Source: Octopus sinensis (taxonomy: Eukaryota). Taken from it: a stretch of 64,000 nucleotides of DNA. A model generated the notes under the pieces. It was given only the letters and a program-made list of their open reading frames with translations. It was not told the origin of the DNA and did no database searches. The stretch lies in contig NC_042998.1 of the NCBI RefSeq assembly GCF_006345805.1, forward strand, positions 41,726,001 to 41,790,000, read 5' to 3'. Positions within the stretch are counted from its first letter, which is position 1. Every line of letters begins with the position of its first letter. The position numbers were made by a program, and so were the translations under genes. Positions 52,040 through 64,000 of the stretch are shown here, in pieces.

Positions 52040-52552
52040 TTATAAATGAGGGTGAAAAATTGATATTAATTTAATATACCATTAATTTAACACCAAGTGG
52101 CTTAGCACAAAAAACTAGGGAGAAAATACAAATTTATACATAATTATTAGAGAGTTACCACTATGTGGATAGCTCTAGTGCTAAAAATAGCTCCGATAGT
52201 ATAGCCACAGAAAAGATGTTTCCAATTAGAAATAACATTACATTTAACGGAAGGAAAGTGAAACATAACGAATAAATAGATTGACCCTGAACAAATTGTT
52301 TCATTACTAATGTAATATGTAATTTTACTTACATAGACATCTATAAATCATCAGCAGAGGTTTGTCTTAAATACAATTTATTAGACTTACACAAGCGTCA
52401 AATACACGTGCGGTTTAACCAATTGCATTTTTAGTTATGCCTCAAATTCCCCGCGAAAAGCATGCTAAGACTCATTGGAAACGTATACTATCGGAGCTAT
52501 TTTTAGCACTAGAGCTATCCACATAGTGGTAACTCTCTAATAATTTATGTAT
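52040..52552 (-). mobile_element. Penelope-like terminal fragment with inverted 5' piece, inserted in (TA)n
   Basis: Inverted repeat about 52137-52203 / 52484-52552; HHR motif inside. Confidence 0.7.
52285..52360 (-). ncRNA. Type I hammerhead motif (GUU site)
   Basis: Minus strand: ctctg CTGATGA [imperfect stem II] GAAAC aattt GTT caggg; 5-bp stem I. Confidence 0.6.
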
Positions 52553-52559
52553 ATATATA

Positions 52560-52599
<40 letters not shown>

Positions 52600-52824
52600 T
52601 TAAAAATGAGGATTAAAAAGTGCATTTGTGCACTAATTATGAAATCATGTGATATGCAGCTGAATTCTGTTTTTAAAAGGCTCGCTTTGAGAGTTGCATT
52701 CCCTTGTATTCGATACTATGTGTTTATTTATTTTGGTAGTTTTGATTTTAAGAGTCCCTCCTAGTGCCTGGCATTTATGTATTGTAATACCCTCATCATA
52801 AATAAAAAAAATATATATATATGT

Positions 52825-52887
<63 letters not shown>

Positions 52888-52940
52888 ATATATACATGCA
52901 CTCTCTCATATACATATATTCTTATATAAACGTTCCATGT

Positions 52941-53159
52941 TTAACCCTTTAACTTTAAGATTACTCTGTCAAATGTATAGTTGTATTGTTTTGAATTAAT
53001 CATGCGTAATCTTGTAGCTTCAAGATTTCGATGATCCAATTGTTTATTTTCAAAATGACATAGTAGGCTAAGTATGAAAGGCTGGATCTGGCCAGTGTGA
53101 ATATAAAACAGGTAGAATATTTGGGCTGGATATGGCTAGTTTAAATACTAAAGGGTTAA
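52941..53159. mobile_element. piggyBac-like MITE, second family, TTAA TSD
   Basis: TTAA-CCCTTTA ... TAAAGGG-TTAA. Confidence 0.85.
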
Positions 53160-54589
53160 ATATATTGAGTTCTCCTTTGTATGGGTGATCTCATCAATAC
53201 TGGGTTTAAGGGATTTCTATCCTGTATGTATATAACCATAACAGAAATATTATACAAAATACAAATCCCGTATTTCATGGTATCATTTGTTTGTCATGAT
53301 CAAGTTTTGTGTCCAAGTGACTGTTTAATTTATTTTCACCTATATACTTGATCTCATTGGAAATCACAATTACATTTCCAATGATTAGGAAAATTCATAA
53401 GTTTACTATCTACTTGTCTTTATTCTGCATTTATACTTTAAATGAAACGTGTCAGGAGACATTTTATCTGATATAGACAGACAAGGAATGGAAAAATAAT
53501 TTTTGAGCTAGACTATAGATAATGTATATATAAGGTCTAAAATTATCTTGGATATCTTTGTAATAAATAAATCCTAAAGAAGAATTATTTTGTCTCCAGA
53601 TCATTACTTAATAAATATTCTGATCATTATTTTTGCACTCTCTTTAAGTTATCAATTGCTAAATGTAGTTTATCAATTGCTAATAGAAGTTGTAATGATG
53701 TAATGATTGAGTATATAGATTTAATGAATGTGGTATACTTTGCTAAATACATTAATTAGATCTGTCCAGACAGAGTATATTTGCCATCTGGTGAATGTAA
53801 AATCTTTAAATGTTTCTATTAATATAGTATTAAGTAGTGAAGATATAGTCTAGTGATTATAGTTGTTCAGCTCGTGATCATAAAGTTCAGGCTTCAATTC
53901 TAGGATGAGGTAGCACATTCTGTCCTTGAGTAAGGCGCTTCATTTCCCATTGCTCTGGTTTACTCAGCTGTAACCAGTATCATTTAGGTATTGGTACAGA
54001 TCTCTCTTTTTCTCTTGCTCCAGTTCTCATATCCTGGGTCAAGAACAAAGAGGCTGAGAGGATGTCTATGTCCATTGTTGGCTACATAGACACCTAAAAC
54101 AGTTCATAAAAGTATGTTACATGTCCACAAGTCATGCTTTCACATGAGTGACAACTGGCTGTCTTTACTGGGGTAAGTATCAACAAATAGCTGTCAGCCT
54201 CCAACAATTCTTTTGTAAACGTATTGCTGTCTAAATCTAATTTCCCCAGCTCTTAGGTTTTGTTCATGCTTACAAAATCATAAAACAGCACAGCACCCAT
54301 GACTTTCAGGAACATATTTTCTTGTTCGGAATTGCTGAAGCATGAAATAATCTATCTACATCAGTTGTTAGCTGACAGGATATTACCTCCTTCAAAACTT
54401 CCATATTTCTTGAAATTTGCCAACACTGCACTTGAAGTTCCTTTTTTTTGACTCACTGTTCACTTTCCTGACTTTTCATGCATTATTCTGTGTACTGCAC
54501 ATATTACTCTTGGTTACCTATTCTAATGAGTTGTAGTGCACCTGAGCACTGTATACAATACGTTCATTATTATTATTATTATTATAATG

Positions 54590-54790
54590 TAAAGATGGGC
54601 AAAATGTTTAGTGGCATTTCATCCATCTTTATGTTCTGAGTTCAAAATTCCGCTGAGGTAGACTTTGCCTTTCATCCTTTCTGGAGTGAAAAAATAAGTA
54701 CCAGTTGAACACTGGGGTCGATGCCCCTCCCTGACCTAGTTCCTCCCCTGAAATTGCTGGCCTTGTGCTAAAATTTGGGACCCATTATTA
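54590..54790 (+). mobile_element. SINE family B followed by (TTA)n
   Basis: ctgagttcaaaattccgctgaggtagactttgcctttcatcc core. Confidence 0.8.
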
Positions 54791-54799
54791 TTATTATTA

Positions 54800-54838
<39 letters not shown>

Positions 54839-54849
54839 TATTATTATGA

Positions 54850-55620
54850 TTGTTATTTCTTTTTATCACAGATTTTATTTGCACTCCTGGAGGCTTGCAT
54901 GTATAACAGTTGCTACTTGCTGCTTACGGTACCATGCTATCCGTTCTTTTCAGCTATCTAATACTTTTCTATTATTCTGGCCATGCTAAGGGGGCAAACT
55001 TTTGTAACAGTTCTACTGGGCACTCTATTCCAATTTCCTTTATATTCCTCTTGATGCCTTCTGATACTGTCCCCAAGGACCCACCAATAATTGGCACTAT
55101 CCTCACCTTCTTCATTTTCTGTTCCCTGAGTTGAAGCAATCCTCTTTCTCTCCATTGATCATACATATGTTGTTGGTATCCCTTAATATGAACACCATTT
55201 TCATCTACAGGGTTGCTCAGGTAGTAACTCTCCATGACCACAGCATTGACTTGTTTGTTCCACCTACACCATGTGTGCTGGTCCCTTGCTGGATAACGAC
55301 GGCTGGAGTCGGACCAGTATCTTTGAGCCTGCCGAGTGCAACACTGTCACCATCAAGGACTTCAGTTTCATTACCACCGTTATTCACAATATTTTCTTTT
55401 TTCATTGTCACTCATATGAGGTCGTGATTATCAGGTTGCACAATTACCAGTGTTTTTATCGTGATACCATCACTAGATGTATCATCAATCAGGACATGGG
55501 GAGATGCCAACCACTTCCTTTCATTATTATTATTATTATCATCACTGACATTATTATTTTCATTTTTTTACTATTTGTCATTGCTAATATTTCCTCTGAT
55601 CTGACATGAGTTTTGGCTAA
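54850..55620 (-). mobile_element. Internally deleted R4/Dong-like element between (TAA)n arrays
   Basis: N-terminal-like peptide (HMYDQWRERGLLQLREQ) fused to the C-terminal VRIVPIIGGSLGTV peptide. Confidence 0.65.
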
Positions 55621-55659
<39 letters not shown>

Positions 55660-55924
55660 TTTATTTTTATTTTTATTTTCAATTATTATTAAAATGTTGT
55701 TTAGCTTTAACTTTTGTCTTGTACTTGAGATAATCATAAATATGTAAGGGTTGAAGAGGCCTCACACACTTGGGGTCAGCAGAGGTCAAATGTGTTTACT
55801 ATTAGTGATCAATGATAGCACTAACCTTGGCCTTGGTCTTGAAAAGAACTTACCTTGGCCTTGAAAAGAACTGACCTTGGCCTTGATAGGAACCAATTCA
55901 CCTTGTTCTATTATTAGTATATTT

Positions 55925-55953
55925 ATCATTTTCTTCTTCTTCTTCTTCTTCTT

Positions 55954-56018
<65 letters not shown>

Positions 56019-56020
56019 TT
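55925..56020. repeat. Compound (CTT)n(TTA)n microsatellite
   Basis: Direct inspection. Confidence 0.95.
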
Positions 56021-56409
56021 AAATCAACAGGCTATCTTCTAAATAGTTTGTATTTTTTAAAAAATGAAGCTATTCTACCACTATGTACAGAATCTTTCAG
56101 CATTATGATAAAAAGTTTATGGGATGGTATTTTTGTCAAATGTTTTGAAATAATAAATGGTTAATTTGTTTTCAGTTTGTCCCTACAACTTTATTCTAAG
56201 TATACATCAAGTTTATTTTTCATGCACACTGCAGATGATTTCATCTTATACTCAGTTTCTCCTTCAGATCATTCTTACTCTGCCATATAGGTACACTGAT
56301 AATTACATACTCAGTGAAGCATACTTACTTTATTTCTTTCTGGTCTTTGCAAATCCTCTGCATTGGAAACCCACATCTTTACCACACACATACACACATA
56401 TATACCTTT

Positions 56410-56623
56410 TATCTTTTAATTGTTTTAGTCATTAGACTTTGGCCATGTTAAAGTACCACTTGGAGAATTTTTAGTCGACTGAATCAACCCCAGTACTTTT
56501 TTCTTTTAAGCCGGGTGGTTATTCTATCGATCTGTTTTGCTGAACCACTAGTTACATGGGTATAAGCACATCAACACCAGTTGTCAAGCAGTGGTGGGGT
56601 ACAAATTCAGATACACACACACA

Positions 56624-56655
<32 letters not shown>

Positions 56656-56750
56656 CACACGCACACACACACACACACACAAACAATGGGCTGCTTGTTT
56701 TCAATTTCCATCTTTCTGTCTATTAAATCTACTCAAAAGGCTTTTTTCAG
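56410..56750 (-). mobile_element. SINE family A fragment with (CA)/(GCAC)n centre
   Basis: Tail and central motifs in reverse orientation. Confidence 0.75.
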
Positions 56751-57757
56751 TGACAGTATTCAAAACTAAAAGGAAAAGTCTTGCTTTTTGTAACTGAGAA
56801 CAAATAACTTTCAAATCAAAATTTATTCTATAAAAGATTTTGTGCAACTTATAAAAATTAAGCAAAATTGAGCTAAGAACAATAACACAAATTAGACAGG
56901 GGCATAGGTTAAGAGAAATTAAATAAGATTATATGAATGATGTATGCAAAAAATTCTTAATGAATTGCTGTTTCACTCTTGGAGAAAGAAAACAAAATCC
57001 TAATGGAAATTGTTAGAAACTCACAAAGAAAAAGGGGGAGATAATTTTAACAAATTAAGATTGAGTCGTCTGGAAGCCAGCAGTAATGAGTCATGTGACA
57101 GATCCTTATCCATTATACACTATAAATATTTAATTATCATCATTGTTCACTCTCTTTCTCTCTTCATTATTGCCATTGGTACTGTTATCACCAATGGTGA
57201 CATTATTGTTATCCCATCACCATTAACAAGATGAAAGCAATGAAGACAGCAACTATAATGATGATGACGGCGACGACAATGATGACAACGACGATGATGG
57301 TGATGATGATGATGATAAAGATGAGTTTGATGTGTGTGTGTGTGTGTGTGAATGAGAAGACCTGAAAATATATAAATAGATTAGAAGGATTAGCAATTGC
57401 TGCATTCTACTTCATGGATATAATTATATTCCTCATACGAATTATGCATATTTAAATGCAAATTAAAAAGTGTTCATGAAGGGATGAAATATATCATCTT
57501 TGTGTATATACAACCATCTCTTAAAGAGTTTGACTTCAGATGTGTTATTTGGTAACAGATGAGCATGTCTGTTACTGCAAGTGCCATTTGCACTATTAAT
57601 GCCAGCAAATCAATATTATTGAGTGTTTTGTTGTGTGAAGCCAGAAGAAAATACATGTCAGATTCTATTACATGACATAAAACAAAACAAAATTCAAGCA
57701 AAAACACAAAATAAAAAAAAAGCAAAGAAAAACCCATACTGCCAGAAGCAGAATGTT

Positions 57758-57792
57758 TCGTGTATGTATGTATGTATGTATGTATGTATGTA

Positions 57793-57856
<64 letters not shown>

Positions 57857-58388
57857 TGTATGTATGTATGTGTGTATGTATGTATGTATGTATGTATGCA
57901 TGTATGTATGTAAGTATGTATGTATGTATGTATGTATGTATGAATGTATGTATGTATGTATGTATGTATGAATGTATGTATGTATGTAAGTACGTATGTA
58001 TGTATGTATGTATGAATGTATGTATGTATTATGTATGTATGTATGTATGTATGTATGAATGTATGTATGTATGTATGTATGTGCATGTATATGTATATGT
58101 ATGTGTGTATGTATGTCTATATATATGTGTATATATGTATATAAATATATGTATGTACATGTGTATGTACATACATATGTATGTACACACATACTTACAT
58201 GCATATATATAAACATACATACATACATATATGTACATATGTGTGTGTGTAAATACATAATGGGAAAATGGATGTAAAAATGATATTGATAATGATGATG
58301 ATGAAGATGAAGATATGTATGTATATACATACACACACACACACACACATACACACCTATATACAATTACATATGCATATCTATCTAA

Positions 58389-58454
<66 letters not shown>

Positions 58455-58510
58455 CAATATTTACATATGTACACACACACACATGTATATATACTGTATG
58501 TATGCATGTA
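57758..58510. repeat. Long compound microsatellite: (TATG)n, (TG)n, (CTAT)n
   Basis: Direct inspection; source of many spurious ORFs. Confidence 0.95.
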
Positions 58511-59189
58511 TATATAGCAATCAACTTTGTTTACAGTACCATGAGTTTAGTAACATTCTTATTAGAGTAGAGAAAGCTACAAGCAGCTACCATTAAGCTA
58601 GGCGTATGTCTATTGTCACAGCTATTTGTACTGTCACTAAGGTTGATGTCTGTCTCTAGAAACTGCAGCTGATATGATCTTAAGACATATCAGTGGAAAA
58701 AGGAGAAAAATAATAGCATAGCATTAAATACTACATTGCAATCATAAGCAATTGTACTATTCTAATGACAAGCAAAGCATAAAATAACTATAGCTGTTCT
58801 CCATTATATTCAAAGCAATTGTATAATAAAGGAAATAGAAGGTTGTGTTGTTCATGACTTTTGCAATAGCAATATGAGAATATGTTTCCAAGGGGAAATG
58901 AAAAATTGAATTCACTTACAGCATGTTCGTCAAGGACTTGCCATAGTGAAATGAAGCCAATCATTTATGTGTATTATGTACTCATGCAAGCTGGTCAAGA
59001 ATGTTATGTACTGGAACATAAGTCAGACTATATACCTATGTGATTGTGTGTGTTTCTGTGTGTGCATGTGCGTGCATGTGTGTGTGTAATTGTATCATCA
59101 TCATCGTCGTCGTCGTCATCGTCGTCGTCACCATCATCATCTTCATCATCATCATTATCATCACCATCATCATCATCATCACCATCATC

Positions 59190-59690
59190 ATCATTTAATG
59201 TCTGTTGTCCATGCTGGCATGGGCTGGTCAGTTTGACTGGGCTGGCATGCTGGAAGGCTGCACCAGACTCCAGTCTAATTTGGCATCGTTTTCTATGGCT
59301 GGATACTCTTCCTAATGCCAACCACTCTGAGAATGTAATGGGTGCTTTTACATACCACTGGCATAGATGGTATTTATGTGACTCCAGGGTGCTTTTACAT
59401 ACCACTGGCATGGGTGTCATTTGCATGACACTGGTATCTGCCATGACTGTAATTTTGCTCGACTTGATGCGTCTTCGTCTCAAGTATGACATAATGCCAA
59501 AGGTCTTGGTCATTGCCTCCTTGAGGCCCAACACTCAAAAGGAACTCAGTAACATTGCTTCCATGAGGCCCAACACTGGAAAAGAACTCAGCTACTTTGC
59601 CTCCATGAAGCCCAATGCCAATAGGTGTTCTTTACATGCCACCAGCTTGGGTTACCATGGCTATGATTTCACTTGGCTTGGCAGGTCCTC
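59190..59690 (-). mobile_element. Short RTE-derived element with 5' ~38-bp tandem array (family of 24812-25245)
   Basis: Same order of modules and (GAT)n tail. Confidence 0.75.
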
Positions 59691-59699
59691 TATTATATA

Positions 59700-59729
59700 T
59701 ATAAGAGAGAGAGGGTACATACGCCACTA

Positions 59730-59821
<92 letters not shown>

Positions 59822-59965
59822 ATATATATATAAAAATACAAACTGGGGCAAGAACGCAAAGCATTTAGAAGACGATACAAAAAACACGGACGGGTCATTC
59901 AAAACCTTCAATCTTCAGTCAAGAACCGGATCATCCTTGCAATTTCAGCTGATATACATACATAC

Positions 59966-60013
<48 letters not shown>

Positions 60014-60018
60014 TCATG

Positions 60019-60064
<46 letters not shown>

Positions 60065-60080
60065 TACATATATATATTTG

Positions 60081-60138
<58 letters not shown>

Positions 60139-60185
60139 ACAAATATACATATGTATATATGTGTATATATATATGTATGTATGTA

Positions 60186-60216
<31 letters not shown>
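59700..60216. repeat. (TA)n-rich tracts with a 140-bp embedded repeat fragment (about 59830-59960)
   Basis: Direct inspection. Confidence 0.85.
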
Positions 60217-60221
<5 letters not shown>

Positions 60222-60712
60222 TGGAAACAAGTATAGTGAAGAATTCTGGGTAGGGGTAGGGGTCCACCAAGGATCAGTCCTCAGCCCCCTTTTATTCATC
60301 ATAGTCTTCCAGGCAATAACAGAGGAATTCAAGACGGGATGCCCTTGGGAATTTCTCTATGCTAATGACCTTGCTCTAATAGCTGAGTTACTATCAGAAC
60401 TAGAGGAGAAGTTTCAGGTGTGGAAGGAAGGTCTAGAATCCAAGGGCCTTAGAGTCAATCTAGCAAAAACCAAAGTCTTAATAAGTAGGAAGGCAGACAA
60501 ATCATAAATCCATTCAGGTAGATGGACCTGCTTGATCTGTAGAAAAGGCATAGGTAGAAATCCCATAAGATGTACTCAGTGTAAGCTATGGACAAATAAG
60601 AGGTGCAACAATATCAAAGGAGGGCTAACTGGGAAGATAGTTTTTGTATGTGACAAATGCTCAGGGTCAATAAACACTGAAAATACACAGAAAACAGCTT
60701 CCGTCACATGCT
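60217..60712 (+). mobile_element. RTE-clade LINE RT fragment
   Basis: [41 protein letters not shown]. Confidence 0.92.
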
Positions 60713-61142
60713 GTTAATTAGCTCTAAGAAGCCGTCACCTCTAGCTAGGTATGTAACACAAGCTAATATGTGACCAGCAAAGGGAAGTGGCTGACCTCTC
60801 CTGTTCGAAGGTTATAATGGACCAAGGTTTGTGTGTCACATAGCTAGAGGAGATGGCCTCTTGGAGTTAATCAATGGCAGCATTCGTCCTATATTTCTGG
60901 ACTGCCATATTAGCTTGGTGGTAACTATTAAATCCAGTAACACTGCTGTAGTCTTCTTTAGAGAGACTTAGAAATATTAACATTTCTATTTTTGAAAACT
61001 AGTTGATGTATTCCACTGGATTTAGGTAAATAATCCTTCGAACAGATGGTCAGTAGCAACGCCTGCTGGGTTTTTGTGTCAGTTATTTTGTGTTACGGTT
61101 GTGAGTTTGAATTCGTTGGTGGAAGCTGTTACGGCGAGGTGA

Positions 61143-62192
61143 ATTGTTGGAGTAATCGTTCATTTTAAAAACGAAGATGAAGCAAAGAGGAATGCCACGA
61201 AAATATTGAAAACTGAAAAATGGGTGTTACTACCTAGCTATTGTGGAAAAAGGGCAGTAAGAATACGAATAAGTAAAATTTCACCAGAACTGAACATGGA
61301 AAGAATTTTAGCGACAATAGTATTCAACTGCAAAGAGAGCGTCGACATATTGAAGGTAGAAAAGTCGAAAGAAGTAAAGTGGTGGGGTTATGCGGTGTAG
61401 GCTTTGGTTCACATAACCATGCCAGACCTGTATAACATACCAGAGGAGTTGGTGGTTCCCGACGAGACACGTCTCAGAGTCATGGTGGAGGGGAGACCCC
61501 CAGTGTGTTACAAATGTAAAATTAGAGGCCACATGAAGGATATGTGTCCACTAAGAGAAGTACAAGAGAAAACGATAACACTGGAGGCTTTGACAGAGGA
61601 GTTACAGAAGGCGAATTTAGAAGAGGAAATCGTGACTACAGATAATGTGGAAAGTGGTGACGAGTTGGTGAAGGAGAAAGAAAAGGAAAGAACAGAAGAA
61701 AAAGAGGATAGAAAGAGAACGCGGGTGGAATCACAACCCAAAGCACAAAAAAAGAAAAAAGCTAAAAAGAGGTCTACCGACAAGATAGAGAATCGAACGC
61801 ACGAAGAGAAAGCTACAGAAACGAAAGTGAGTGAAGATTCAAATTGTCAAGTAACGGAAGAATGGGATAGAAGAGTGGAAGAACAGCTGAAAATATGTAA
61901 GGAAAGAGGAAGACCAAAGGGAAGAAATCTTAAAGCTATAATATTGTACAAGAAGGACAAGGAAATTGAGAAGAGGTTGGCAAATATGAAAAGTCTAATT
62001 AGAGTGAAGTTGAACCCGAAGATATTTGATGACCAAGTGAAGGCGGCGATTGTAGAAAGAGAGACAGTAATGAAACTGAAAAATATGTTTACAGCTGTAT
62101 GCGTAATGAAATGCATTCGGTATGACTGGTTGCCAGGTATTATAGAACAGAAGAAGTTACTCGAGTACATTACGGATGAGAGCCCTGAATAA
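61143..62192 (+). CDS. Gag/ORF1-like nucleic-acid-binding protein with one CCHC zinc knuckle; one in-frame TAG at 61398-61400
   Basis: CYKCKIRGHMKDMC (C-x2-C-x4-H-x4-C, 61506-61547) preceded by RVMVEGRPPV, as in L1/Tx1-type ORF1p. Track ORFs 61206..61400 and 61404..62192 share a frame. True start not identified. Confidence 0.7.
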
Positions 62193-62393
62193 CACAATTG
62201 TAATTGTAAATGAAACTGCGAGCTTTGGGGGGCTTGTAAGACATTCCATTTAATTCATTACAAATAATTCATTGTCATACCATCCTTTTGTATTTTTTTA
62301 TTATATGTACCCCATGTCCTGTATTGTTATGTCCCCTCTTCATTCGGGCCATTGTGCCTATAATAAAGATAAAGCGACGCTTGTTGGGTTCGG

Positions 62394-62441
62394 CTGCTCT
62401 GCATTGATAAGGGGCAAATACCCTGAAACTAGTCTGAAGAT
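62394..62441 (+). ncRNA. Decayed minimal hammerhead motif
   Basis: ctctgca TTGATAA gggg caaata ccct GAAAC TA GTC tgaagat. Two core transitions from CTGATGA, palindromic ACTAGT stem III, GUC site after 62434. Confidence 0.5.
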
Positions 62442-62795
62442 GCCTGACCAGCATGGGGAAGCAGCTGACCTCCCCTGATCGAAGGTTATAATGGACACAG
62501 GTGTGTGTGTATCACATAGCTAGCTAGAGGCGATGGCCTCTTGGAGCTAATCAATGGCAGCATCCGTCCTATATTTCTGGACTGCCATATTAGCTTGGCG
62601 ATAACTATTAATATCCAGTACTGCTGCCATAGTCTCCTTTAGAGAGACTTAGAAATATTAATATTTCTATTACTAATATATATTGATATATATTAGTACA
62701 CAAACACTCACATACACATATCAATGTACATCAATCATCATCATCATCATAATTTAATGTCCAATATATGTAAAATAAATATTAATATATATGTA

Positions 62796-62844
<49 letters not shown>

Positions 62845-63267
62845 TTATATATATATATATATATATATTAACATAAATATAAGAAATATTCCTTCTGTGT
62901 CATCAGTATAAAGTAAAACCACCAACAAAATCTTATGTGCCTAAGGAAATTTGAATATCCTTATAAATATTTAATGTTTGTAGCAAAATCCCTTCAAAAA
63001 GAAAAAATGAAAAGAATTATTCAACAATAGATAATTGAACAAGTTTTTAGAACAATATATAAATCCAATTTACCTCCACATATATAACACACAGCCAAAA
63101 CAAATAAACAAATCCCACCTACATAGGAAAACTAGATGAATCATGTATGTACTAGTTACAGAATAGATATATATGTCATAAAATGTACTCATAAGTTAGA
63201 ACCCATGTGTTACTAACATACATATATTAAAATGTATTAAGAAACACTATAATTAAAACATATCTGG

Positions 63268-63329
<62 letters not shown>

Positions 63330-64000
63330 CGTACATATACACATACATGCATACATACATACATATTCTTTTGTATTTTTATCCTTTGTTTTGCATTACT
63401 ACGTCAAAACCATGATAGAAGGCAAAATTACTGAAAGATATTCTGTAGTATTTATATTTCCAACAAATACAATGAAAACTGAATGTTTGTTTTTGAAGAA
63501 TACATTACTTGCTTATAATGTAATGTAACTGAATATTTTGGGAAGTTGATTTGGAATTTCAGCAAGATTTATTTTATTATAAAAACATTATTCAAAAATC
63601 AAACTAGTATATTTTGAATGAAAAAGAAGTTGAAAATTTTCATTTATATGATTTACAACAAAAGCCCTTATCTGCAAGGAGACTTGCTACTTGACATTTT
63701 ATAAAACATCAATAAAAAACTGAAAGCTTATTTTTAAAGAATGTATTATTTATAATGCTTCATTACAATTTTTCTTCAATTAATAGTATTTTTTGCTTTA
63801 CTTACTTGAAATTACCAAATAATATAAAGATGATTTATGATTTCTATGAGATTTTGAATAAGAAATAGATTAAGCATGAAAGATTTGTTCCCTGTTTGAT
63901 ACAAATTTATATGAAATGCAAATCATTCATAACCTTTAAGAGGGTTCTTTCTGGAAGCTCTGAATTCATGTAGTTTGACTGGCCAAGTTGATTAGGAAAA

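Larger units (their letters stand above)
60714..62671 (+). mobile_element. RT-less element: ~220-bp direct terminal repeats, Gag/ORF1-like ORF, hammerhead-like motif and inverted 5' fragments
   Basis: Repeats 60771-60990 and 62445-62671; inverted piece 60714-60760; AATAAA 62362-62367; HHR-like motif 62394-62441. Confidence 0.72.

Noticed and set aside
57623-58596. Many long ORFs (up to 232 aa) rich in YIHT/MYVC
   Set aside because: Translations of (TATG)n/(CTAT)n microsatellites.
58920-59010. Minus-strand exon-like segment (ctgac..ttccAG / GTAAGT) ending in MIGFISLWQVLDEHA
   Set aside because: Stops in all three frames across the full segment, no recognisable protein and no partner exons found.
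59885-59935. Minus-strand CTGAAGA..GTC as a hammerhead
   Set aside because: No GAAA motif and no convincing stem I or II pairing.
59028-60188. 168-, 247- and 171-aa ORFs
   Set aside because: They run through (CAT)n, an RTE 3' UTR and (TA)n, with no protein-like content.

Overview
AT-rich, repeat-dense eukaryotic DNA. The SINE families and microsatellite load suggest a cephalopod, probably Octopus (inference from repeat content). One protein-coding gene is well supported: a compact DNTTIP2/Fcf2 orthologue on +, with five clear exons at 6083-15763 and a possible 8-nt first coding exon at 3310. The rest is introns and intergenic DNA filled with two SINE families, RTE, CR1/L2 and R4/Dong-like LINE fragments, a deleted mariner, TTAA MITEs, a non-autonomous Helitron and long microsatellites. 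The most interesting signal is five unrelated elements carrying type I hammerhead-ribozyme (HHR) motifs, intact or decayed, with a Penelope-like terminal layout (inverted 5' fragment, and in two cases direct repeats that start right after the predicted cleavage site). One of them (60714-62671) encloses a Gag/ORF1-like CCHC ORF and no reverse transcriptase. All alignments and folds were done by eye; coordinates of old repeats are approximate.
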